This document shows positions 1 to 8,771 of a stretch of 64,000 nucleotides of DNA, piece after piece. The notes below the pieces were generated by a model that had not been told where the DNA came from, did not search any database, and saw only the letters and a program-made list of their open reading frames with translations. Position 1 is the stretch's first letter; every line of letters begins with the position of its first letter. The DNA comes from an uncultured Bacilli bacterium. GTDB lineage: Bacteria; Bacillota_I; Bacilli_A; RF39; UBA660. Location of the stretch: contig CANQHQ010000001.1 of assembly GCA_947623825.1 (NCBI GenBank), positions 17,736-81,735 of the forward strand, written 5' to 3'. Position numbers and translations under genes: made by a program.

Positions 1-72
1 ACTGATGGCATTGAGTAACGAAATCGTTCCACAATCAAATTCTGTTACTTGAAATCGTAATGGTGTTTTCAT
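1..72 (-). CDS. 5' end of an unknown CDS running off the window start (N-terminal peptide MKTPLRFQVTEFDCGTISLLNAIS)
   Basis: On the minus strand, ATG at 72-70 is preceded by AAGGAAGTGAAGGAA (RBS). The frame stays open to the window edge. Not present in the ORF track because it is truncated. Confidence 0.3.
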   Translation of the reverse strand, partial: MKTPLRFQVTEFDCGTISLLNAIS

Positions 73-222
73 TTCCTTCACTTCCTTATTTTAAGGATAT
101 CATATTTTTTAGAATTGAGGAGTTCTATTTTTCCCTGCATTTTATTTTTTTCAACACCAGGATGGAGAAAACCATAAAAAAGAGCAATTAAAAACTCCAA
201 TTTGCATGGAGTTTCTATCTCA

Positions 223-297
223 TGGCGCTCATAGTAGGAATCGAACCTACATTTGTCACTCCGGAGGCGACCGTTTTATCCATTAAACTATACGAGC
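223..297 (-). tRNA. tRNA-Arg (anticodon CCG)
   Basis: Reverse complement GCTCGTATAGTTTAATGGATAAAACGGTCGCCTCCGGAGTGACAAATGTAGGTTCGATTCCTACTATGAGCGCCA folds as a cloverleaf. Acceptor stem is 7 bp, T-loop is TTCGATT, anticodon loop is CTCCGGA (U33, anticodon CCG), and CCA is encoded. Confidence 0.85.
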
Positions 298-383
298 ATT
301 TTTTTTCAAACTACTATTAGTTTATCATAATTTTCATCGAAACGGAACTGTTTTTTACAAACAAAAAAAAGGCTTCTTGCCTT

Positions 384-815
384 TTATAAATATTGTTTTA
401 GAACTTCGACACTTTTTTCCTGCATGGTAACATAGGTAGAAATGATTGCTTCCACTTCTTGATTCATTTTCTTTTTGTTTAACAATTTTCTTCCTTCAAT
501 GATTCCCATATTGACTCCTTGTAGTAGAAGTTCCGCAATTTTTGAATTACTTTTATCTGTCATTGTCTTCATTTCTACTCCCGACCAAGTCATTGCTTTA
601 TTCATCGCAGAAGTTTCATGTGGTTTTCCATCGTTATATTTGGGATAGATTTCTTCTACCCTATTAGAAATCTCTTGATACTGATAGAGTTCTTCTTCTA
701 ATACTTTTTTTAATTGATTATCTTCTACTTTGTCTAAAACAAAATGAATCGCATCGATTCCCATGCAAGCACCTTTGTGCACTTCGTCTAAAGCGTTAAT
801 ATCTTCTTTTTCCAT
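384..815 (-). CDS. hypothetical protein (143 aa), no confident family assignment
   Basis: ORF with coding-like composition, packed tightly against the downstream NlpC/P60 gene. No motif recognised. Confidence 0.5.
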   Translation of the reverse strand: MEKEDINALDEVHKGACMGIDAIHFVLDKVEDNQLKKVLEEELYQYQEISNRVEEIYPKYNDGKPHETSAMNKAMTWSGVEMKTMTDKSNSKIAELLLQGVNMGIIEGRKLLNKKKMNQEVEAIISTYVTMQEKSVEVLKQYL

Positions 816-858
816 ACATTCCTCCCATTTTTATTGTGGAGGTTTTTTCTTTTTTTAT

Positions 859-2085
859 TCATCGAATCCGGACTAATTTATTAATTTTGTTTAAATAATT
901 AGAACGAGTCAATTCTTCTTCTGCTACTTTTAACACTTCAGAATTACCGGAAGCATCGATTACGTAGTCCTTTCCATCTTTTTGTCCCAAATAAATTAAT
1001 ACATGTCCTTCTTGATATAATAAGTTGGGTTCTTGATGAAGGAGAATTTGTTTCTTTTCTTCTATCGTTTTATTTTCTAATGATAGAATTTCTCCTACAC
1101 TGGTATGTTGGTCAGCAGTATTTCTAGGAAACTCGAAACCGAAAGTACGATACACGTTAGAGACAAAACTAGAACAGTCGACCCCATCATCCATTCCGCC
1201 CCAACGATAAGGCATTCCTTCATACTTAAAGGCTTGAATGTAAACGTTTCTTTTTGTGTAAGGAAGATAACCGATATGAATTTGATTATTCGATAGAATC
1301 CATTCTTTTTTTTCTAATTTTCCGTTTTCTTTGTTAGGTAGAATACACCGATATCCGTCTTTCGTTTTTCCTATACAGGGAATTTTTACACTCATATCTA
1401 AAAGCGTATCTTCTACTTTTACCATTGGTTCTGTGATCACTCCAAAGATTGGTGCATCTAGGAAGAACGCGATATCTTCTTCCGTTGCTTGAACCACATC
1501 TTCTTGTTTGAGCCATCCTACGTAGGTTTTGGTCATGACAAAAACCCATTCTTGATCTTTACTTTCGTGAAGGAGAAGCACCAATTCATTGACGCGAACT
1601 TCTGTTTCCTGTAGACTGTCAAAATTGGTATCGGATGGTTGAGAATAAAAATGGATTTCTGTAGGAAAGGATTTTAAATTGGTTCGGCGTACTACGATTC
1701 CTTTTTGTACTTTTGGTTCTTCTTCTATCGCATCCAAATTTCTATTTTCTAGAATTTCTTCTCTCATGGTATCCGTGATTCTTTTTCCCTGATGATATTT
1801 TTGGGAAGAAGGTAATTTATAGGATTCAATCCACGATTGAATTTCTTCTTTGGTAAAGGATTCTTTCGATAAATCGTATATTTTATCGGTCTTTTCCTTT
1901 ATTTTTTCGTTATAATCTTGAATTTCTTTTGTAGATAACAAGATGGAATTTTCTTCCAATTTTTCTATGTAGACCTTTGCGTGTTCGGGGATTGTTTCTA
2001 CATAATCATTGGTTAACATATCTGTTTTCATCTCCATACAACAGGAAGCAAAGAGAGACACTAGTATCATGATTCCTTTTTTCAT
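859..2085 (-). CDS. NlpC/P60 (C40) family cell-wall hydrolase, probable lipoprotein
   Basis: C-terminal catalytic core motif YRWGG...DCSSFV is typical of NlpC/P60 peptidases. The N-terminus is hydrophobic with a Cys-containing signal region (MKKGIMILVSLFASCC). Confidence 0.8.
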   Translation of the reverse strand: MKKGIMILVSLFASCCMEMKTDMLTNDYVETIPEHAKVYIEKLEENSILLSTKEIQDYNEKIKEKTDKIYDLSKESFTKEEIQSWIESYKLPSSQKYHQGKRITDTMREEILENRNLDAIEEEPKVQKGIVVRRTNLKSFPTEIHFYSQPSDTNFDSLQETEVRVNELVLLLHESKDQEWVFVMTKTYVGWLKQEDVVQATEEDIAFFLDAPIFGVITEPMVKVEDTLLDMSVKIPCIGKTKDGYRCILPNKENGKLEKKEWILSNNQIHIGYLPYTKRNVYIQAFKYEGMPYRWGGMDDGVDCSSFVSNVYRTFGFEFPRNTADQHTSVGEILSLENKTIEEKKQILLHQEPNLLYQEGHVLIYLGQKDGKDYVIDASGNSEVLKVAEEELTRSNYLNKINKLVRIR

Positions 2086-2187
2086 TCTATCTCCTTTTCT
2101 TCTTTCTATTCAATTTATGTAGATTCATCCAAAATATGTATGAGAAATCCTAGTCAAATTTATCTAAATAAAGTTGAGAGAACAGGA

Positions 2188-3825
2188 TTAATGGGATTCT
2201 TTCTTTTCATTTAATTGTTGATATTTCAAGACCGTTTCTTTTTTATAGTAGTCTAGTGTTCCTTCGGGTAAAATTAAAGTTCGTTCCACTCCTAATCGGT
2301 CGACAAACTCTGGATTATGAGAAACTAAAATCATCGTCCCGGGAAAGGTTTTTAGATTTTCTGCCATGACTCGTTGTGTTTCAGGGTCCAAGTGATTGGT
2401 TGGTTCATCTAGAATGAGGAGATTCGCTTTCTGAAGCGTTAATTTCGCAAGGGACAATCGAGATCGTTCTCCTGGAGAAAGGACCGACGCTTTCTTGTAA
2501 AAGTCTTCCTTTGTAAAAAGAAATTTTCCAAGAACTCCTCGTGCTTGTTGTTCACTTAAATCAAATTCTTTGAGATTTTCCATTAGATTTTTATCTAGGT
2601 CGATGAGTTCGTGTTCTTGGGCATAATATCCAATATCTGTTTTGGGACCTAAAATAATTTTTCCAGAATCTGGAGTTAGAATTCCAACAATCAATTTTAA
2701 TAGAGTGGTTTTACCAACTCCATTTTCACCAACAATTAAAAACTTTTCTCCACGAGGAATTTCTAAGTGAATTTTATACAGTAAATTTCGTTTCGAATTT
2801 TTATCATACTTAAAACAAAGATCTTCGATTCTAAGAGGAAAAGAGGTGCTTTCTCTTCCTTGATGAAGTTGAATCGTAGCTGTTTTTTTCTCTTTTTCAA
2901 CGACGACGGCATGTTCTTCTAATCTTGCCAATTTTTTCTGACGATCTTTCGCAATCTTTGCTTTTTTCTCGTTTCCATGAATATATTTATCGATAATTTT
3001 TTGGAGATGTTCTCTTTCTTTTTCTTGTAATTCTGCTTCTTTTTTTAATCTTGTTTTTCTTTCTACTAAGATTTTTTCAAATTGTTGATAATTCCCATGA
3101 AAAAGTTCCATCGTATGATGATTTTTATCTAAGTATAACGTATCTTCTGTCACAGCATTTAAGAAGGCAATGTCGTGAGAAATAATGAGAACCGTTCCTT
3201 CATATTTTTTGAGATAATCGATGACAAAGTCTTTGGTATTTTGATCTAAATGGTTTGTGGGTTCGTCTAATAAAAGCATTTCGGGCATCGAGTACAATAG
3301 TCTTAGAAACGCGATTTTAGATTTTTGTCCACCTGACAAGGTACAAAGAGGTTGATCGAGCATTTCATTCTCTAACTGCATTCCTGAAATGAGTTTCAAT
3401 AATTCTTCTTCTGCCTGATATGGTTTATAATAATCTAGTTCCATTTGGTATTGATTTACTTTATTTAAAAGAGTATTGATTTCTTTTTCATTTGAACTCA
3501 TAGCTGCTTTTTCGTAACATTCTTGTATCTTTTTTTCTAAAGAAGCAATCGGTCGACCTGTGAGTAAATAGTCTAATACTGTCATATCCGTAGAGGGGAT
3601 TTCGTCTGTAATTACTTGTGGGAGCCAAGAAATTCTTGTCTTCTTAGAAAACGTAATGGTCCCTGAGTCTGGTTCTAATTGATGAAGAAGCATTCGAAAA
3701 AAAGTCGTTTTTCCTGCCCCATTGACACCGATAATACCGATTTTTCTTCCTTCGGGTAATTGGATATTTACATTTTCAAAAATGGTTTCTATTCCAAAAG
3801 AAAAATTCAAATTTTTAATTATCAC
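2188..3825 (-). CDS. ABC-F family ATPase (two nucleotide-binding domains, no transmembrane domain)
   Basis: Two Walker A motifs (GVNGAGKTT and GENGVGKTT). Two ABC signature motifs (LSGGQKSKIAF and LSPGERSRLSLA). A charged coiled-coil linker rich in K/E/Q separates the halves. Length is 545 aa. Confidence 0.85.
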   Translation of the reverse strand: MIIKNLNFSFGIETIFENVNIQLPEGRKIGIIGVNGAGKTTFFRMLLHQLEPDSGTITFSKKTRISWLPQVITDEIPSTDMTVLDYLLTGRPIASLEKKIQECYEKAAMSSNEKEINTLLNKVNQYQMELDYYKPYQAEEELLKLISGMQLENEMLDQPLCTLSGGQKSKIAFLRLLYSMPEMLLLDEPTNHLDQNTKDFVIDYLKKYEGTVLIISHDIAFLNAVTEDTLYLDKNHHTMELFHGNYQQFEKILVERKTRLKKEAELQEKEREHLQKIIDKYIHGNEKKAKIAKDRQKKLARLEEHAVVVEKEKKTATIQLHQGRESTSFPLRIEDLCFKYDKNSKRNLLYKIHLEIPRGEKFLIVGENGVGKTTLLKLIVGILTPDSGKIILGPKTDIGYYAQEHELIDLDKNLMENLKEFDLSEQQARGVLGKFLFTKEDFYKKASVLSPGERSRLSLAKLTLQKANLLILDEPTNHLDPETQRVMAENLKTFPGTMILVSHNPEFVDRLGVERTLILPEGTLDYYKKETVLKYQQLNEKKESH

Positions 3826-3949
3826 AGGACCACCATCCTTTCTACCGATATTTTATCAAAAACAGAGAGAATCATCAACCAAAGAAAAATGAAAAAAAAT
3901 AGTAGTCAAACCGAAAAAAATATGTTACTATAAATGAGTAAAAAGAAAT

Positions 3950-4025
3950 GCCGACTTAGCACAGCTGGTAGTGCAACGCACTCGTAACGCGTAGGTCACT
4001 GGTTCAAATCCGGTAGTCGGCACCA
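3950..4025 (+). tRNA. tRNA-Thr (anticodon CGT)
   Basis: GCCGACTTAGCACAGCTGGTAGTGCAACGCACTCGTAACGCGTAGGTCACTGGTTCAAATCCGGTAGTCGGCACCA folds as a cloverleaf. T-loop is TTCAAAT, anticodon loop is CTCGTAA, and CCA is encoded. Confidence 0.85.
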
Positions 4026-4035
4026 GATGGATACC

Positions 4036-4064
4036 AAACTCGGACTATTATAGTTCGAGTTTTA
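4036..4064 (+). terminator. hairpin plus T-run downstream of tRNA-Thr
   Basis: AAACTCG ...13 nt... CGAGTTT followed by TTTTAAAATT. Confidence 0.4.
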
Positions 4065-4188
4065 AAATTCTTTAATTTATGCTACAATTTTTATAGTTTA
4101 AATGGAGATGTTTGTCAATTCAGAAAATACACTTTCATATTGACAATTCAATTATACTTTGAAATCTACATAATGGAGGGTTTAGTGT

Positions 4189-4779
4189 ATGTCTAATAAA
4201 GAAATATTAGAAAATATAAAAAAATTATCAAAACAAGAAAAAAGAAATTTTTCTTATGATAATTTAGTTGAAATAATGAGTAAGTTAGAAACGAATGAAA
4301 TTATTGAATTAAGCAATATTATTGGCTATCCAGTATTTACAAGATTATGTATGGGAGCATTAAAACATAAATTTGTTTTATTACAAGATGGAGCAGCAGC
4401 TATTATCGTAAATGAAAAGGGACAAATTTTACTTCAATCAAGAGCAGATAATGATAAATGGGGACTTCCTGGTGGGTGTCAAGAATTGGGAGAAAGATTG
4501 GAAGATACGATAATTCGTGAAGTGAAGGAAGAAACAAATTTAGATATAACAGAGGATAATTTAGAGTTGATAGCCATTGTTTCTGGTAATAGTAGAAGAA
4601 ATGAATATCCAAATGGAGATGTCGTTATTAATAATACAGCTTTATATTGTGTTAAAAATTATTCAGGAACATTAAAATGGGATGAGGAATCCAAAAATAT
4701 GAAATTTTTTGATTTAGATAATTTACCTATAAATCAAAATGATCCGGATTTAATTGCAATTTATAGAAAATCAATATAA
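4189..4779 (+). CDS. NUDIX hydrolase
   Basis: Nudix box GLPGGCQELGERLEDTIIREVKEETNL matches GX5EX7REUXEEXGU. RBS GGAGGG lies upstream. Confidence 0.8.
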   Translation: MSNKEILENIKKLSKQEKRNFSYDNLVEIMSKLETNEIIELSNIIGYPVFTRLCMGALKHKFVLLQDGAAAIIVNEKGQILLQSRADNDKWGLPGGCQELGERLEDTIIREVKEETNLDITEDNLELIAIVSGNSRRNEYPNGDVVINNTALYCVKNYSGTLKWDEESKNMKFFDLDNLPINQNDPDLIAIYRKSI

Positions 4780-4898
4780 TAAAACTTGCAAAAAAATCCA
4801 TATTGTGATAACATGTATTTAGCAAGGAAATTTGCATAAAATAAAAAAGGGAACATTCAGTTTTTCCGTGTTGAATGTCTACCCACTATATTGTGTTA

Positions 4899-4932
4899 GA
4901 CACTTATTCTAGCGAATGAGTGTCATTTTTTT
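4899..4932 (+). terminator. putative intrinsic terminator of the NUDIX gene
   Basis: GACACT ...14 nt... AGTGTC followed by ATTTTTTTAT. Confidence 0.45.
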
Positions 4933-4965
4933 ATAACTACTATCATAATGATAAGGAGAAATAAA

Positions 4966-5094
4966 ATGATAGTAATGAGCTTGAGAACTTTTATGATAAA
5001 AGTCTTAGTTTTCACTATATCAAACCTCCTTTCTATAAAGATTGGAGGTAGACACTCAACAACTGATATTCCCTATAGAAATGATATCACATAA
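4966..5094 (+). CDS. small stand-alone ORF, 42 aa, hydrophobic N-terminal helix (MIVMSLRTFMIKVLVFTISNLLSIKIGGRHSTTDIPYRNDIT)
   Basis: Strong RBS AAGGAGAAATAAA precedes the ATG. It lies between two terminators in a 550-nt intergenic region. It is below the length cut-off of the ORF track. Confidence 0.3.
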   Translation: MIVMSLRTFMIKVLVFTISNLLSIKIGGRHSTTDIPYRNDIT

Positions 5095-5270
5095 AAATAG
5101 GAAACAATCGAAGAAAACAATTTTTTAAAGATAGTCTTATAGTAAAAAAACTGTTATAAAAAAGTGTTCATAAAATCAAGAAAATATGATAAAACTATAC
5201 CTGTATTGAGGAAGCAGTACCCATTTAAATAGAGTTCGGTATCTAACCCAAGGCACCAGATAGAAATTAA

Positions 5271-5300
5271 AAAAACTACTTTTCAATCTAGAAAGGTAGT
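5271..5300. terminator. bidirectional intrinsic terminator
   Basis: AAAACTAC ...14 nt... GTAGTTTT with T-runs on both sides. It sits immediately downstream of the minus-strand gene 5330-5848. Confidence 0.55.
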
Positions 5301-5329
5301 TTTCGTTTGTTTCAAAAGGAACCATCTTT

Positions 5330-5848
5330 TTATTCCGATTTCTTTTTAGGAAATAGTTTTTTTACCAATTTTCGAATGCTTCGATCATTTTCTGAATCAA
5401 TGACCTCTTTTGGTAGTTGTATTTTTAGATTTCCTTGTTTCATCCATAAAACATCTCTTAACGAGTAAATTTTAAAATCTAATAATTCACATTGGGTTAC
5501 CATTTCTGAATGTTTTCTTCGTTCTTGCATGGACATTGCATTATATTTTTTGGCAATCGTATTTTTTTCATGGGCAATCGTTTGAGCCAATTTGATGAAT
5601 TCCTCATCCGATAAATCTTTGACCTCGTTATAGTCTACCATCCAATCGATTTGGCGGAAGAATTCGATTTCTTTCTCGTCTTCAAATTTGATAAACTCAT
5701 ACCGATTTCTATCATCAATGATGACTACTTCTCCACCGAACACTTTCATCATAATTGATGCGGGAATTGGTAAATCAGATTGATTGAGATGCGCAATATC
5801 ATTTTTTTGAACATACACTGCTTGATCCATTACTATTTTCATAAACAA
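5330..5848 (-). CDS. hypothetical protein (172 aa)
   Basis: ORF only. No recognisable motifs. Confidence 0.5.
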   Translation of the reverse strand: MFMKIVMDQAVYVQKNDIAHLNQSDLPIPASIMMKVFGGEVVIIDDRNRYEFIKFEDEKEIEFFRQIDWMVDYNEVKDLSDEEFIKLAQTIAHEKNTIAKKYNAMSMQERRKHSEMVTQCELLDFKIYSLRDVLWMKQGNLKIQLPKEVIDSENDRSIRKLVKKLFPKKKSE

Positions 5849-5955
5849 ACCTCCGTTGTTTCTATATTATACCATAACATTCCCCAATTGTCTTTTTTTC
5901 ATGGAGAAAGAAAAAAGACTAGCAAGTTCCGTCTTACCAGTCTTTCGTAAACTTA

Positions 5956-6031
5956 TGGTGGGCTGTTAGGGATTCGAACCCTAGACCCACTGATTAAGAG
6001 TCAGTTGCTCTACCAACTGAGCTAACAGCCC
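5956..6031 (-). tRNA. tRNA-Lys (anticodon CTT)
   Basis: Reverse complement GGGCTGTTAGCTCAGTTGGTAGAGCAACTGACTCTTAATCAGTGGGTCTAGGGTTCGAATCCCTAACAGCCCACCA. Anticodon loop is CTCTTAA, T-loop is TTCGAAT, and CCA is encoded. Confidence 0.85.
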
Positions 6032-6462
6032 ATAAATTTGATTTACTCGTTTAGTATAGCATAAAAACAAAAAAAAGAAAATAGTATTTTTAATTTTTTG
6101 GCTACTTTCGTAGTTGGACTTCTCCCCTTCTCCCAACTATATTATAACCCATCTCTAATTTTATATTTTGATGCAAAGAGTTTAGACTCGTACCATTTTT
6201 TCTATCATTATACAAAATATTTTATCCTTATAACTCCATTTACTCATATAAAACCTCGTTTCTATGTCCAAGAAACGGAATCATCATAATATAGAGTTGT
6301 TTTTATATGTTTTATGTTACTAAATTACATCTATCACTCAAAAGCAAGCGGAAGAAGTTGTGTCTAAAATTCTATTAAATAATAAAAGAACTGTGATATT
6401 AGAAAATGAAATTTCAACAGTCCTTTTATGATATCTTGAATCTATCTTAATCGTGTTGGTGA

Positions 6463-7206
6463 TTATTCAGAAACATTTAAATTTACAACATCAGATAATT
6501 TTACCCAATTTCCTGTCTTGTTATCTTTAACTTTCAAATCCCCTACTTCTTGCATAGATAATGTGTTCCATTCGGTTTGTTGTTGTAATTCACGTACTCC
6601 ATATTCGTATGCCATAATCGTGTACTCGTTTTCTAAATTACAACATGAATATTGAGTCATAAATACAAGATATGTTTTCCCTACTTCAAGTTGAATATCA
6701 TCTTCTTTTTGACTATTGATTATTACATTATCAGGATTCGTAGGAATTCCAATAATACTGTCCATCTTTTTTTTATCTACACTACCTTTCATCCATTCGT
6801 TATATCCAATTTGTCCTCCAAGTCGTCTATAACTAATAGTAGAAGATAAATCTCCCTTTAAAACAGTTAACACTGTTGCTTTTCCTTTTGAATATACTGC
6901 TACATACTGATTATTGATTGAATCCCAATTGCTTGATTCTAGCGAATCAATTCTAATAATCGCAATATAGTCAGCATCTCTATTGATGTTATTCTTTTTA
7001 GAGTAATCTACTGCTAAAAAAGGACTATAAAATTCATTATATACTTGTTTTCCATCTTCTCTTACATAAGAGTTTTCATCAATAGAACTGTTTCCTTGTT
7101 CAAGAACGTTATTTTTTTCTCCTTTGAAGGAATGATGAACCGCTATGAAACATGTTAAAATTCCAACTAAAGCCAAACTAAATATTAATATTTTCTTGTT
7201 TTTCAT
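6463..7206 (-). CDS. membrane-anchored or secreted hypothetical protein (N-terminal TM or signal MKNKKILIFSLALVGILTCFIAV)
   Basis: Hydrophobic N-terminus followed by a hydrophilic N/S-rich domain. Very AT-rich gene. Confidence 0.5.
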   Translation of the reverse strand: MKNKKILIFSLALVGILTCFIAVHHSFKGEKNNVLEQGNSSIDENSYVREDGKQVYNEFYSPFLAVDYSKKNNINRDADYIAIIRIDSLESSNWDSINNQYVAVYSKGKATVLTVLKGDLSSTISYRRLGGQIGYNEWMKGSVDKKKMDSIIGIPTNPDNVIINSQKEDDIQLEVGKTYLVFMTQYSCCNLENEYTIMAYEYGVRELQQQTEWNTLSMQEVGDLKVKDNKTGNWVKLSDVVNLNVSE

Positions 7207-7323
7207 TTCATAAACTCCTCCTTATCATTGACCGCTAATGCAATCTATAAATAATACTGAAAAATAAAAACCATTCTTTCATATCACCTTCCAATTATAT
7301 ATTTTAAATATCAAAATCTTATT

Positions 7324-7992
7324 CTAACCCTCATATTGAATGACGATTTTAGCTATATCCATAATCGTTTGCTTATCGGTTATATTTGTTTGAAGAATGA
7401 TTTTTTGATTCGTATTGATAAATTTTATAAAAATTACCCCGTCATAATCTACAATATATAGATTGCTATTATCTATTGTAGATAATTTACACTCTTGGAA
7501 TAGAGAGTCAAAAAGAGAAATGTTAGATAAATACAAATGCAAAAATTTAGTTGAGTCATCCGTATATGAATAACTACCTAAATAGATTTCGTTGGAATCA
7601 TCATATAGAACTTGTTCCTTTTGTATTTCAAAAATCTCTAAATCGTCAAAATAACGAAATATAGAAAACTTATCCATAAGGTTATCATATTTTGACTTAT
7701 AACTACGAATTGTAGAACTGTCATCCTGAATCTCAATTTTATTTATCATTATATTGTCTCGTTTGGATGGTTCATCGATAGGATTCGAGTTCAAATTATT
7801 TATAGAATTTGTATGAAGACTTAAAAATATCGTAATAACTAGTAAAAATAAACAGCTAACTGCAAGTGTCCTTTTCAAATACTTCTTTCTTTGGTTACTT
7901 CTATCCATTCGCTTTCTTATTTGCTTATAATTACCATCGATATCCACATACTGTTCTAATATCGATTTTATTTGTTGCTTGTTACTTGGCAT
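7324..7992 (-). CDS. probable anti-sigma factor (single-pass membrane protein)
   Basis: It overlaps the upstream ECF sigma gene by 11 nt. It has an N-terminal cytoplasmic segment, one TM helix (LAVSCLFLLVITIFLSL) and an extracytoplasmic domain. Confidence 0.55.
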   Translation of the reverse strand: MPSNKQQIKSILEQYVDIDGNYKQIRKRMDRSNQRKKYLKRTLAVSCLFLLVITIFLSLHTNSINNLNSNPIDEPSKRDNIMINKIEIQDDSSTIRSYKSKYDNLMDKFSIFRYFDDLEIFEIQKEQVLYDDSNEIYLGSYSYTDDSTKFLHLYLSNISLFDSLFQECKLSTIDNSNLYIVDYDGVIFIKFINTNQKIILQTNITDKQTIMDIAKIVIQYEG

Positions 7993-8524
7993 CTTGTTCT
8001 CCTTTCTGTAATTTTCTATAATCGTTTAGAGTACGATGTATATAACTTTTTATTGTTGACTCATTTATATTCAGTTCGTTAGATATTTCTTTTGTAGTCA
8101 TATCAAAGTAGAAATATAAATAAAATGTTTTAATTATAATTTGTTTTTGTTTTAAAAGATATTTCATAAAATCTTTCAGTTCGTACTTTTGAATTATATC
8201 TATTTCCAAATTATAATCTGATGGAACGCATTCTAATAGTTCTACATCTTCCTTATCATTATCTTTCATGATAAAAGATAAAAAGAGATGTTTCCATTTG
8301 TATTTTTTTCTGTAGTAATCTTTTATTTTTTTATGTGCTATCCCAATTAAATAGGAATCATCATGATCAATTTTTTTACCCTTAATATAAGCACGGTAGT
8401 AGTCAAGATACGTCTCTTGTAGTAAATCATGAACATCTTCCATACTAGTACAATTACTAATGATATATTTCAAAACGTTTTTAACTGTATCTTTATATAT
8501 CAATTCAAATCTTTCTTCCGTCAT
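7982..8524 (-). CDS. ECF-type sigma-70 family RNA polymerase sigma factor
   Basis: Region 2-like segment DLLQETYLDYYRAY. Region 4 helix-turn-helix TKEISNELNINESTIKSYIHRTL. Confidence 0.75.
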   Translation of the reverse strand: MTEERFELIYKDTVKNVLKYIISNCTSMEDVHDLLQETYLDYYRAYIKGKKIDHDDSYLIGIAHKKIKDYYRKKYKWKHLFLSFIMKDNDKEDVELLECVPSDYNLEIDIIQKYELKDFMKYLLKQKQIIIKTFYLYFYFDMTTKEISNELNINESTIKSYIHRTLNDYRKLQKGEQDAK

Positions 8525-8771
8525 TTTCGGTACCTCACTTATATAGTCGTCTATTATCAGAATATAGTTGCAAAAAAAAATGATATTTTTACTATATCTT
8601 ACAAGTGATATAAAAATAGTTAATACCTATTATACCTTATCAAAACTAATTTTCATCTTCCTTTATAAATGAAAGGAACTATCTAAATAAAACCAATTCA
8701 GTTCAAAAGAAGATAAATTACTTTCATTAAACATAGAAAAATTGCATCAAACAAAAAAAGTCTAGTAAAAA

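Noticed and set aside
1105-1549. Small ORFs (63 and 71 aa) inside or antisense to the NlpC/P60 gene
   Set aside because: They lie completely within a well-supported longer CDS and have no RBS. Typical antisense artefacts.
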